A stretch of DNA of 63,770 nt, filler included, from Collodictyon triciliatum (lineage: Eukaryota), in assembly GCA_043381765.1 (NCBI GenBank). It is 6 parts of 6 records of this genome, joined end to end, with 100 filler letters (N's around TTAATTAATTAA, not from the genome) between each part and the next. Parts side by side here need not be neighbours in the genome. Positions count along the whole stretch, not along the records: positions 1 to 11,195 come from JBHJMP010002461.1; positions 11,296 to 22,495 come from JBHJMP010002462.1; 4 more parts are not named here. The stretch is one strand, 5' to 3'. Below, piece after piece: positions 1 through 11,488 of the stretch. How positions within the stretch are numbered: position 1 is the first letter of the stretch; each line of letters begins with the position of its first letter. The translations under genes and the position numbers were made by a program. The notes beneath the pieces were generated by a model. That model saw only the letters and a list, made by a program, of their open reading frames with translations, had not been told where the DNA came from and did not search any database.

Positions 1-99
1 AATAATAGTAATAATAATAGTAATAATAATAGTAATAATAATAGTAATAATAATAGTAATAATAATAGTAATAATAATAGTAATAATAATAGTAATAAT
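1..99. repeat. (AATAATAGT)n microsatellite, intronic in the LRR gene
   Basis: Perfect 9-mer tandem repeat read directly. Confidence 0.95.
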
Positions 100-161
100 G
101 GAATGAATACTAATAATAATATCAATCAAACTTTATTGAGATGAGGGTGTAATATGCTTAC

Positions 162-1542
162 TTGGCGCGATATGTCAAGTCTTAATAAGTTTGAGCAATA
201 GCGCCCAATATCAACCAAAGATGAGTCAGAGACGTAGGTCCCATCCAGCCGAAGCTGGTGAATCTGTTTTGTTGGCATTAAGCCAATTATGTAAGACGAC
301 GCAAGAATATCTCCATATATGAAAGTTCAGATAAAATAATGAATATACCCCATCATTCAAGAAGTGAGCTTTCAGGACATTATTTGTGAGTCTTTTGGTT
401 GCCTTCAGTCTCCTTATGAGCATCTTGACCATTAAATAAAAAAATTATGAGAAGATAAGGAAACCAGATGACATTTTTGAAATGTGAACAGTATCAAAGT
501 CTAGGTATCAAAAAGGTAATGTACCTGCACTAAATCAGGGGCCAAACAACTGGTCAAATCGATTTGAACATATCTTTTGATATTGTTGCAGATTGTCTCA
601 AGGCATAAGTCGATCAATGTGTTTGACTTTTTTGACTTTTTTTTAACCAGTTCATAAGAAGATTGACAAAAAAATACACCAATCAATAAAGTTGGCAGCA
701 CATTGAAAGATTTACAGGGTCTTGGCGGATAATCATAACCACACCGATATGGACATTATCAAGTATATGCAAGAAAAGATATGAAAAACTAGAGGATATA
801 TTCTTCCAAACACCTTCCAAATACACCCTAGCGCTGCGCGAATATGCATGTCTCCATCCTTTTCGACGGTTTCAAAAAATGGAGTACCGCCGTTAACAGA
901 AATAGAAGACTGGGTCAACGAGAGTAAATTCTCATTTGTAAGTTTGGTGCCGCCAGGAAGCGTCGTTTTAGTCAGCTTCTCGAAAGACACATACCCTATC
1001 CTCATAATAGACTTCAAATTAAAATTATATAAGAGTAGAATGAAGATATATGTGACCCAAACGAATCCAACAAAGTCTAACTCTTCAAAAAAGAAGCGCA
1101 GAGAAACAAAATAAAACAAAATAAAACAAAATAAAACAAAATAAAACAAAATAAAACAAAATAAAACAAAATAAAACAAAATAAAACAAAATAAAACAAA
1201 ATAAAACAAAATGAAATGAAGTAAAAAAGTTAGGAAGGTCTGTTTTGCTTCCTAGCTTTCTGATTGTATTACATTTGGTATTTATTTCGATGGTTTATCC
1301 TAACATTTTTGTATTGATTCATGATTGATTCTTTTATATCTTCAAAAACAAGTGGAAAACGGAAGCAAACCTTCCTCGTCCATATCCAAGTCAAACAAGA
1401 AAGTCCCATATCTCAGGATGTAAAGCAGTGAGTTTCTCCATTTCTTCGATCTTCCTCGGTCCATGCACTGCGATTCCTCTCTGTGGCACTCGTTTCTTGC
1501 TGGGCTGCTTGCAGTAATGTCCCGTTTTGCGCTCTTTTTCAT
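162..1542 (-). CDS. Leucine-rich-repeat protein, AMN1-like (multi-exon, 3' part runs off window start)
   Basis: Spliced exons read TLIDLCLETICNNIKRYVQIDLTSCLAPDLVQ / MLIRRLKATKRLTNNVLKAHFLNDG / IHQLRLDGTYVSDSSLVDIGRYCSNLLRLDISRQ with GT-AG borders. The LxxLDIS pattern and 'LIDLCL..I..NI.RY' start resemble AMN1-type LRR proteins. Start codon and upstream exons are uncertain. Confidence 0.6.
1106..1210. repeat. (AAAATAAAAC)n microsatellite
   Basis: 10-mer tandem repeat; explains the spurious FYFVLFCFIL ORF. Confidence 0.95.
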
Positions 1543-1903
1543 GGTTTTTTACACTTTGGAGGTCGAAAACTCCCACAAAGCGAGATAAAAGGCGTAAATC
1601 ACGTCAATACGCTTCCACATATTCTGGGAATCAATCAGGAGATATTATTATATTATATGTATAGTTTATATGTGTTATTTTAGACTTGCTATCTCTCTCG
1701 TTGTCAATACAGCTAGTTTTAGGTAATTATATTATATTTTCCACATATAATCCATTCTTGTTTGCGTTGTGCTTTTTGCTTTTGATGTTGGGGCATCTCT
1801 CTGACGGGCAAAAGAGCATAGTGTGAAGGGAATCTGCCAACGCCGCCTTGGCAAGTAGTAGTCTTCGGACTGGTGAGAACCTTACTTACTTTTTCTCACA
1901 GAC

Positions 1904-3404
1904 ATGACGGCTTCACGGAGCGATCCGCATTTTCTTCGCGCACAAAGGATTCCAAAAGAAGTTGTCCAATCCTTAGAGGAAGTGAGCGGAAACGAGTTGG
2001 AGTTCGAGCTCGAAGGAGAAACGTAGGTGACGTGCAATTCACCCTGCTTCATAGATTTTTTTTTTTAAAAAAAACTCAATATTTTGTTCATTTATACTTT
2101 AGGTGCTGCTTTTTTTTTCTTTTCTCCTCTCTCCCTTTCTCTTTATATCCCCCATTTTTTAAGTTAAGAAATAATTATCTACGTCGCCTGTTCATATCAA
2201 AACAAGAAAAAGAAAAGAAAAGCTAGAAACATACTTACCCACAACAGTCACATTATCTTCTTCACTAATTGTATCTCGTAAACATGTTGGCTTCGACCGA
2301 TGGTCCAGTTTCAAGGTCGATATTACAATAGAGCGCAACAATGGCCTCATCTCAGAGCTATCCGATTTTCCGCCTGTTTTCCCAATGTTCCCGTGTGCTT
2401 TCTCAACAGAATCGCATCCATTAACTATATCACTTAACATAAAGTCCCCTCAAGACTTATTGTTGGTAAGATGCAAGGCTTTCCTCGTCCGTGATGACTA
2501 CTCTGTTGTCTGGGATGCTATCCGAAGAAAAGAGCCAGAAGGACGAATGGTGGGCCATCCATCAGTATTGCTTTACATATATTCCTATTTGAACACAGCT
2601 TACAGAAATTAGTACCAAATAGAACAATTACTTGGCGAAAACCTTTTTGCATAATAACTCAATAGTGTAATGCACTAGACCTTTCTTCATCTCCAAAGAA
2701 ATCGGCGAACGTTCACCACTGGTCGCTTTGGATTCGCATGCACATTCAACACGGCCTGCAACATGCGTGCAAAAATATGTACCGCATCCAATCGTGGACT
2801 ATTGCATCTAGTTGTCAGAGTAGAGTACGGATCCGATTCGTACGAGTGCCACTTGCCAGAAATGTGGATTTTCAGCAAAATACCCACACGCATGTCCATG
2901 TTTGAAATGACCTCAGAGGTTTTAGCCAACATGGACATCATCTCATTCAAAGATATCAGCATTGCCTTTTCAGAATCGGCGTACAAGAGGGAAAGAAGAT
3001 TTCGAAAGAATACGCTAGCTACTCTGCCAGGTTGTTTACAGTATTTATTTTTATCCATTTTTTTTTTGGTCGGCATCATCCGTGTGACTAACTTATCTAG
3101 AAGAAAATTTCCATTAATGATTGATTCGGGCATTATGAGCGCGAAAACGTAGCAGAGCGACAGCAACAAACTTTTATATTATTTTGGGTAATCTATGCTT
3201 TTTTTTTCTCTCTCTCTCTCCCTTTCATGCTTAGTGACCAAAGCTAGCGGGGCTGAATATGTCAATCAGTTCATCATGAAAGAGCAATTGAGAGAAGCCC
3301 AAGAAGCTTCCGCCATCACCGAAGGCGCGGAGCAAAACGGGGGATTACGCAGGTCGCAACGGAAACGACGAAGCATCGCAGTTTTCGTGGGTGATTCCGA
3401 CTAG
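1904..3404 (+). CDS. Hypothetical protein (about 4 exons), possibly an Ig-fold DNA-binding protein
   Basis: Open exons of higher GC with GT-AG borders: MTASRSDPHF...ELEGE / TYLPTTVTLSS...EPEGRM / TFLHLQRN...EMWIFSKIP... / ...RRSQRKRRSIAVFVGDSD*. The C-terminal basic cluster looks like an NLS. Confidence 0.5.
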
Positions 3405-4165
3405 TTACTTGGCATTACGATTTTTTTTTGAAAAAAAAAACCAATGCAGTGTCGGTATCTTTCGAGAAAGTATGATTATGTTTCATTAAAGTTACATCTG
3501 GGAAACGTTGGGTTGTTGGTGCATGGCCTACGAATAGAGTTTGCCTTTCGTCCTTGTGTTGCAGGGGATGGGTCTGTCTCAGTGCCCTTTAGTCATCTAT
3601 TCCAGAAAAGTAAATTACACGAAACGTTGATGTCAAATATCCAAATTTGTAAGTTTATACACTACATGGTAATATCAAAACCCTTTTTCTGGATCCGCCA
3701 TAAACCCTAATATAAACAAACTGAACGAATAAATTACAAAAGAATCGCCAATTGCGCATAAGCGATGGAATCAATTAATACGTGATGTTATCCAAATATT
3801 GACATTTGGACGGAATGTTTTCGCTTCATGTCGGGACACATCCGATCAAAACAATCACAATAATCACGATTCGATGAAGCGGATCTCCCCACATATTGGT
3901 CGAAACTTGCAGCCTGTAAGCGACACTTGCATGCACGAAGCAAACAAAAGCAAAGAAGCCGCGGCCAAAGTAGAACGGATCGCGAATACATGCCAGAAGG
4001 ATGATTTGCAAAAAAAAAAAAAAAAAAAAAAAAAAACCAGACGCTGCCTCTGCAGTCTTCTCTTTCAGCACCCAATCATTATTATTATTTTCTTTTTGGG
4101 CGAGGGATAAGTATGTTCTGATCGATCCCCAACCGCCCACACCAAACAGACGCCGAGACAGCACA

Positions 4166-5087
4166 ATGGCCCCGACCCGCAAGCCAACCACCGAGGAAGA
4201 AGACTGGAGCCAGATCCTGGAAAGCAGCCCAAAGTCTTCGTCCCAAACGCACGGCACAACGCACGTGATTGTCGCTGCGTTGACACAACTCCTTGCCCTT
4301 TGTGAGTCCGAACTCTTTTCTTTCTCTACCTTTCATTTTCCGTCACCTCCTTATACTCTTCAACCTTGTTGCAGTCGTCTACGTCTACATCTATGGCTAT
4401 GACGTGAAGGATTATGGAGCCTACCTCGTCGTTGTCTCTGCGTTGTCTGTGTACCTCCTTCAGTTCGCCTACAGCAACGTTTCCTTCAAAGTCTCGGAAA
4501 AGTAGGTTCCATGATACCTTCCAACTTGAAAAAAAAAGGAGAAGCAAAAGGAAAAACAAAAGCAGATCACTCCTCTCCCTTCCTCTCTCTCCACCTCGGC
4601 CAGGCAAAAGACACATACTCAGCCTCTCTAAGTCATATCCTGGCAACCTGTAAGCTGAACACATGAGAACGCATCCTGCAGGGCTGCAATAACCTCACAA
4701 TTCTTGCAACTACCCACAGAGAAAGAAAGGAACTTGGCTACCGCTTCCGATCGCCCGCTGCAGAGGCCCTCTTTGACGACAAAGTCCTGAGCTACACATA
4801 CTACTCCAACAACGCCATTTTTGTAGGCGTCCTTGCCTTCTGCGCCTTCTTCATGTTCCGCACGACGACTTATCCTTTGTATGCACGCCTTTCTCCTGAT
4901 ATCACCACATCACATCACAACCCGCCTCCAGCAAATAATCCGGCAAACTGAGTACGAATCACCATGTCCCTGTGCTAATCTCCTACCTTCTTGCAGCAAC
5001 CTCATCTTCGGGAACCTGATCTCTGCCGGAATCCCCGCTTTCATCTCGACTGGTTCCGACAACCGCAAAGCAGGTTCGCGCCGCTAA
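4166..5087 (+). CDS. SSR3: Translocon-associated protein subunit gamma (TRAP-gamma)
   Basis: Four exons: MAPTRKPTTEEEDWSQIL... / ...SVYLLQFAYSNVSFKV / ...SYTYYSNNAIFVGVLAFCAFFMFR / NLIFGNLISAGIPAFISTGS...*. Matches SSR3 motifs (LxFAYxNVxF, YxNNxxF, terminal STGS) and the four-TM layout. Confidence 0.88.
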
Positions 5088-5406
5088 GCAAAACCCGCCG
5101 CGAAGCAGCGACTTGGATCAGGGATACCAACCAGAAGAGAAAAAGAAAAGAAAAAGAAGAATAAGAAAGAACAGCACACTCCCCTCGAACAGAATGGAAA
5201 CGGAAGCTGTGTCTCACTCTTTCAACTACGGATCTCCACCTACACGATAAAAGAACATAAACAGAAGCTACGCCAGAGTCAAAGCCAAAAGTCGCGTTCG
5301 CACGGGCCTGTTTGCCTTCCCGTCCTGAACCCGTGTGTGTGTCGGCTTTGTTTGGGCGCTCTTTGCGCGTTTATGTTTCGTGCGGCTGCCGACAATCGAG
5401 CGGGTT

Positions 5407-5877
5407 TTACAGGCCGTTTGCGGATTGTGCGCGCTCAATGACGCCCAAGACCTGCACAATGGAAGACTGCGGAATCCCCACAGAGTGTGAGTGTGGGTGT
5501 GTTTCGATTGTGAAAGTAATAAATAAAATAAAATTCAAAGAGAAAAGAGAGAATAAAAAAAGAAGAGAAAAAAAAGATGTGGCATGCCTGACAGGTAAGT
5601 ATGAGTATCTGATGGATATCATTCGTGCATATTTGTGGGTCAACATGTGAACAAATAATACCTTCCACTCGGACAGGCGTGTGTGCAGTTGAACCCACTG
5701 CTCCTGTGCAAAAACGCGCTGGGTGGCAAATCTGATTGAAATAAGCGAAAGCGATAAGCTGAATGATGGAGTTTGGAAAAGACCTTGTTATCTTTTACTT
5801 CTATTATAGATGACTTCATATTATCAAGACATTATTTTCTTCCAACGATACATCTACCTCTGTATCACAAAGGGAAA

Positions 5878-5941
<64 letters not shown>

Positions 5942-8219
5942 AAAGATCGCAGAGGAAATCACGATGGATTCATACTCACGAGACAACAACGACTTGCTTC
6001 ATCTGATCAATCTGTGCTTCTATCAACTTGGATGATATAGCGCGAATAACCCAAGATTCCACTTTGTTACCTTCGACCTGGAGCTCTTTTGCAATCTGCA
6101 AAGATGCAAACAATATCACCTCACGCTCAAGTACAATGCAACACATGCAGACCTTTCATCGCCATGGATTTTTACCATCGACCAAAAGCGCATGAAACAA
6201 AATATTACCGTGTCGAAGGGAAGTTCAGTCTGCTGCGATGAAAGTGTAACCAACGTGAGAAGACGCATCTTATCTTCCATAACTTGTGTGTTGAGTCCTG
6301 ATTTGATATGATATACGAAAAAAAAATTTAGGCGCAGCACAGAACCATAAGAATGTACAGCAGGTAATATCACCTTGTGAAGTAATCCAGGACGCATTTG
6401 CAGATGCAAAAGCAAGATAAGCTCCAATTTTCTCATTCACGAAAATGTTAAAGAGCTCGAATATCTGAAGCAAAGTTCGCATTAAGAGGGAACATAACAA
6501 AGAGTCGTAAATTTGGATATGATGGTTTTCTACCTTTTCTTGTTTCAGTTGCAAGACAGCTTTCAGGTCAAGTAAGCTATCCATCTAAATATTACGACAT
6601 GAAAATGAGGTATTTAACAAAGTTGAACACATATTGCAATAAATATATATTTTTTAAAAAAACACTCGTACTCGCAATAGTAGTAAACTTATATTGAACA
6701 AAGACCTGGAAGACACTTGGTGTGGATATGGCGTGGCGCAAGAGCTGAAGAGCATCGTCTTTGACCTTCCCAAGGGTTTCAGCCGATTCGTTCTTTGGTA
6801 AAAGCGTTGTGGGTTTCAATTTCCGAGTGATTGAATTACAATTTTATGGGGCCTATACAATTATTTTTATGCAAATAGAGCGGGGGGACTAGAACCTCGA
6901 ATGTAGCCAAATACTTGACATAGAGTTCGAATCCATCAGGCTTTAGAGATTCCACAGCAAAGAGTAGTTCAGCAAAAGTCTTTAAGAGCGAGCGTCTTTG
7001 TTCGACAGTGATTCCCCATGATTTCATCCACGAGTCAATTTCCTTTTGTTTGGAATGTACATGTAATTGGGATAGTTTTTGAGTTTGCGCATGAATATAT
7101 CTTAGTTCACATTTACTAGAATCAACATAGAACATTATGACATTAATGTATTATTACACTGGTCTGGGACTTGAACAAATGTACAGCATTGACAAGACTA
7201 GCGTATTTTATCAGTCTCAAAAAGACGTGGTATCGCAACGGTGAGTGGGATGGAATGAGGTTGAACATATTCGTCAAACTGTATGGTTTGGTATTTTAGA
7301 AAAAAAAAAGAAAAAGAAAAGCGTGCCCTCAGATGTCAGATAGTCCTGCGAATCAGCACAAATACAGATAGCTATTGACGCTAAAAAATCTTTACACAGC
7401 GAGTCTAATTGCAGGGCGATCAGCAGGGTTAGATGTGACTGCATCGATGTACTCTGTTGCCATAGCAAGTCTCTGCGGTAAAGCATGTTTTGGTAAGCAA
7501 AGAAAGAAGGATCTCTATAGAAAGATTGAAAGCATATGCTGCCTACATACCTGATCGGCATTCTGTCCCTGAGCAATGATCTCTGCGACAACGCTGAAAT
7601 AGCCTTCAATGTCTAAGTAATTTCATATAAAATCATTTAAACCTACACTGAATATTACAAATAAAATAATCAATAGAAACATAAATGAGTGAATAAAAAA
7701 GCGATTAGGTTTCTCGTTCTCTTCAAATAATATTTCAAGAAAGGAGATGAAACGTTACCCTTTTCAACAGCGCCTGAGAAGATCGTGTCTGTTACAGAAA
7801 GCAAAGTTTTCATCAACTCGGCGGGAGTGCGGATGGACTCATACGTCTTCTGGAAGAAATCGTCGGAGTTCTACATAATTGAGTAGTTTTTAAACGAATA
7901 GCCGTGCTTTTTTTTTTCTCTCTCTCTCTCTCTCCCTCTCTCCCTCTCACTTCCCTCCAAATTACAAAACGTATAGAACGGACATTTCTTCATTGTGCAA
8001 CTAGGACTACACAATAAAGTGGAGCAGAAATATAAACACAACAAACAAGCTCATTTCAGCAATGTAGCGGTCCATCTTTGCATTTCTTCCACACAAGAGC
8101 AGAAACAGAATATACATGAAATGCATGAGATGGATGGGAGTTCAACACACCCGAAGATTATCCACATAGTAGGCCATGTCCAGATACTTTGAGTCGCCGG
8201 GAAGAATGTCGTAGTCCAT
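5407..8219 (-). CDS. EIF3M: Eukaryotic translation initiation factor 3 subunit M (PCI domain)
   Basis: Spliced exons include MDSLLDLKAVLQLK, IFELFNIFVNE, KMRLLTLVTL, IAKELQVEGNKVESWVIRAISSKLIEAQIDQMKQVVVV, RVFAQEQWVQLHTRLSEWK and a last exon SSIVQVLGVIERAQSANGL*. These are characteristic eIF3m PCI motifs. Confidence 0.9.
5874..5943. repeat. (AAAT)n microsatellite in an eIF3m intron
   Basis: Perfect tetranucleotide repeat. Confidence 0.95.
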
Positions 8220-8915
8220 CTTGTAGCTATGTCGGCGTGTCAAGTTTGGACCTAGTTCAAACAGTTCAACGCGTTACTTTGCATGGTCGGAGTGAACTTG
8301 GCACTTGGCACAAAGGCACAAAGGCTGCCGAGCAATAAATGCTCATCAACCTATAGCGCAAGAAAAGTCCTTTGTTTGTTTCCCTTGATCGACCTCATCA
8401 AAATCGTAGAGCCAGGGAGTTCAGCGTCGCCGCGCACTTCCTCATTCTTTGTATTCATATCTATCCTGTGAAATGATGCCCTTCCGGCTTTACTTTGCTT
8501 TGTTCTTTGTTCATTTGTTTGGCCTCGTTGGAATCCCCCGTGATTCTTCCAACCAGTCAGACTCCCGCCTCAGCCTTCTGATCGCCCTGCGCAGCCAACT
8601 TTCTTCATACACGAAGATCGCTGTGTTGATTGAAAGACGGTGACCACTGGATTTTTCTCTGAAAAAACTAAATGTGGAAAATAAAATAAAGTGCTACATT
8701 CCTCATTGATACCACCAATGAAGACCTAATAAAATCAATATCTGCGGTATGAGGCAAATAAGTGATCAAAATTATAGTCGTTCATCGTCGTGGTTGGTGT
8801 TATGTGCTTTTGTGTGTTTCAATTCTACCGTGTGCGGGAATTATATTTCATTTTGCATCGACAAGGGTTGAAGTATATTGAATGACTTTTATTCATGCCT
8901 GGGCAAAAAATGTCA

Positions 8916-10949
8916 TCACCTCCTGAGTTCATCCACCTCGATGTTTTCGGTAAGAAACAAGATTCGGCGGTTGTTTTTTTGGAAGCTCCAATAGAATCGG
9001 AGTGCAAAGATACCGATAGAAAAGAAAGATGTTGATAGTGTGATTCTTGAACCCGCTATGACTTCTCCTTGGAAGGTAAGGTGCCTCTCCTTCGAAAAAG
9101 TGGGTCCTATATTTAGTTTGCACAAAATGGCGATGCAGAAGGACCATAAAACACCAACAATCGAGATGGATGAAAGTTTCCTGTACTTTATAGTAAAAGT
9201 GTCTATCATGATGCACCATTTCACTGTCAAAGCAGTATAGAACCAGAATATAATTCGGTTATCCCATTCACATAAAACACCGGATGAGATAATAGTTCTG
9301 ATGATTAAAAATACTACGTACCAATAGTCAAATGAAAACAGCATATGACGAAATAGGAATAAGTTAGTGGCTGTAATCATTTGGACAAGAAAGAAGATTG
9401 TCCCAAGAACAGCAACGACAACCCCAGTGCACCAAAACGTCGGGCCCAAATCATAACCGACAGAGAGGGGAACCGAAAATAGAATAGATGCAAAACAGAC
9501 GATAACGCCACATGTGTTGTAATACCTAGATCTCATAATCTTTGATAGTCTTTTGTATTTTTTCGTGACGTAAAGGTGAAATATTGTCTGACGTGGGTCG
9601 TATTCAACAATCTTTTCGCGGAGGATACCAATAACCAGATGCCTTTGTGGATCTAGTTCTTTGGTGAGTTCAAAATGAATGTCAACTGTCTTATTTTCAT
9701 CCCGTTCCTCTATGCAATAGTTTATAGAATTCATGTCTTTTCCTGGCGTATTGGAGGAGCATTCAGGTAACGTTGGGCACGAATTATCTTCCTTCACGTT
9801 TGTGAATTGGCCTTTCCAGGATGCAGCTGACCTATCCGTGACACTACCTTTTAGAATGTCCCCCTTCCCAGTTTGGCTCTCATCGATGTGGTAGAAGTTG
9901 GCAAGGAAAACGATATTTGTTGGCTTTTTGAGTACTAAGTGATTAAATATAATTCTCATCAGGTATACCAAAAATGTCGTCAGATTGTCGAGTGCTTGGA
10001 GCCTAGCATCCAGTAGTTCTATATCTGTCGACCTATAGTATATGCTTTCTGTGTGGTAATCGACCAAGTGAAATAGAAGTATCACGATGATAGGGACGTA
10101 TGACACAGCACCGATAAAAGTGGCTATTCTCATGACGGAGTAGTATTTCCCAGCATGTGCATCATATAGAATAAGCAAAAGTACACTAAGTAAGGAGTGT
10201 GCGACAATACAGAAGATTTCGATGCTCGGACCCCAGAGTAGAATAAAGCATATATGGAAAGAGACGACGCTGTAAGCAGCAAACCAAAAATTGAAAGACT
10301 TGACTAGTTCTTTGATAATGTCAATCCGGAGGAAAATGGAGTGGTATATGAGTAGGTTGGTACAGAAAAAAATATTCACGGGAACATATATCCCACTAGG
10401 TATTAGCTGTGCCTCAAAGCAAATAGAGAGTATATTGACATGGCAAATAATCCATAGAACGGTGATGGACAAAGTCATCATCCAGTGTTTATATGTGTAA
10501 AGTATGAATTCAAATATACGGTCATTCCTTATCAGAATCGAGAGCAGCGTCTTTCTTCTTTCAATTACTTTTACGTCTCTTGCTATTCTAAGCTTGATGA
10601 GTGAATGGGCATTGTACACTGGCACAGATTGTTCGTGACCAATGTTGGAGGCAGTGCATTGTCTATTTATGTTTTGATTGGTGTCTGAAATGTTCTGATT
10701 CTCCTCTTTGGATACATCATTGAGGCCAGTCAATTCTCTCGCACTGTTTGAAACGAGTGAGTTCTTTTTTTGTTCCCATGCGTTTCGCCTTTGAATGGAA
10801 ACTGATACACCAATGTCTTCCTCCTCTGAGACGTTGGTCATGAGCCTGACTATGGAAATAGTGGAGTTGTCAAAATGATCATCATAATTTGCTCCGGCAT
10901 GGTTTTGTTCAAAGCCAAAGGGAGTGTGAAAATGAAAAAAAATCACCAT
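8916..10949 (-). CDS. Multi-pass membrane protein with two homologous hydrophobic halves, single long exon
   Basis: 677-aa uninterrupted ORF. Two blocks of about 6 hydrophobic segments are separated by a polar linker and share a motif (IIKELVKSFNFWF / LFRHMLFSFDYWY). True start uncertain. Confidence 0.75.
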   Translation of the reverse strand: MVIFFHFHTPFGFEQNHAGANYDDHFDNSTISIVRLMTNVSEEEDIGVSVSIQRRNAWEQKKNSLVSNSARELTGLNDVSKEENQNISDTNQNINRQCTASNIGHEQSVPVYNAHSLIKLRIARDVKVIERRKTLLSILIRNDRIFEFILYTYKHWMMTLSITVLWIICHVNILSICFEAQLIPSGIYVPVNIFFCTNLLIYHSIFLRIDIIKELVKSFNFWFAAYSVVSFHICFILLWGPSIEIFCIVAHSLLSVLLLILYDAHAGKYYSVMRIATFIGAVSYVPIIVILLFHLVDYHTESIYYRSTDIELLDARLQALDNLTTFLVYLMRIIFNHLVLKKPTNIVFLANFYHIDESQTGKGDILKGSVTDRSAASWKGQFTNVKEDNSCPTLPECSSNTPGKDMNSINYCIEERDENKTVDIHFELTKELDPQRHLVIGILREKIVEYDPRQTIFHLYVTKKYKRLSKIMRSRYYNTCGVIVCFASILFSVPLSVGYDLGPTFWCTGVVVAVLGTIFFLVQMITATNLFLFRHMLFSFDYWYVVFLIIRTIISSGVLCEWDNRIIFWFYTALTVKWCIMIDTFTIKYRKLSSISIVGVLWSFCIAILCKLNIGPTFSKERHLTFQGEVIAGSRITLSTSFFSIGIFALRFYWSFQKNNRRILFLTENIEVDELRR

Positions 10950-11195
10950 ACTGAAGGTTTTTTTTTAATAAATCTCGGTCGTGATTAATAGCCAATTATG
11001 AAGATAACATGTTTTGAATATGAATATGGAAATGGAAATATGAGAAGAGAAAAAGAGAAAAAAAAGAGAAAAAAAAGAGAAAAAAAAGAGAAAAAAAAGA
11101 GAAAAAAAGAGAAAAAAAAGAGAAAAAAAGAGAAAAAAGAGAAAAAAAGAGAAAAAAAAGAGAAAAAAAGAGAAAAAAAGAAAAAAAAAAGAAAA

Positions 11196-11295
11196 NNNNN
11201 NNNNNNNNNNNNNNNNNNNNNNNNNNNNNNNNNNNNNNNTTAATTAATTAANNNNNNNNNNNNNNNNNNNNNNNNNNNNNNNNNNNNNNNNNNNN
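11196..11295. other. Artificial contig spacer (44N-TTAATTAATTAA-44N)
   Basis: Six-frame stop linker at 11240-11251 within Ns. Confidence 0.97.
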
Positions 11296-11488
11296 TTTTT
11301 TTTTTTTTTTTTTTTTCTTTTTGTTTTTTTTTTTTTTTTTTGGGTGGGGGTGGGGGGGGGGGGGGGGGGGGGCTGCCTTTTTTTTATTTTGGTGTATGGT
11401 CTAAACCCGTTCTTACCGTTCATTTATATGTGACTGACCATCATCATTAAAAATCTTCATCATCATTTACAATCCTTCTCGCGAGCAG

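Noticed and set aside
8510-8660. Extra spliced last exon for the membrane protein (EKSSGHRLS...PNK*)
   Set aside because: Frame-compatible, but the main ORF already has its own stop and there is no independent support.
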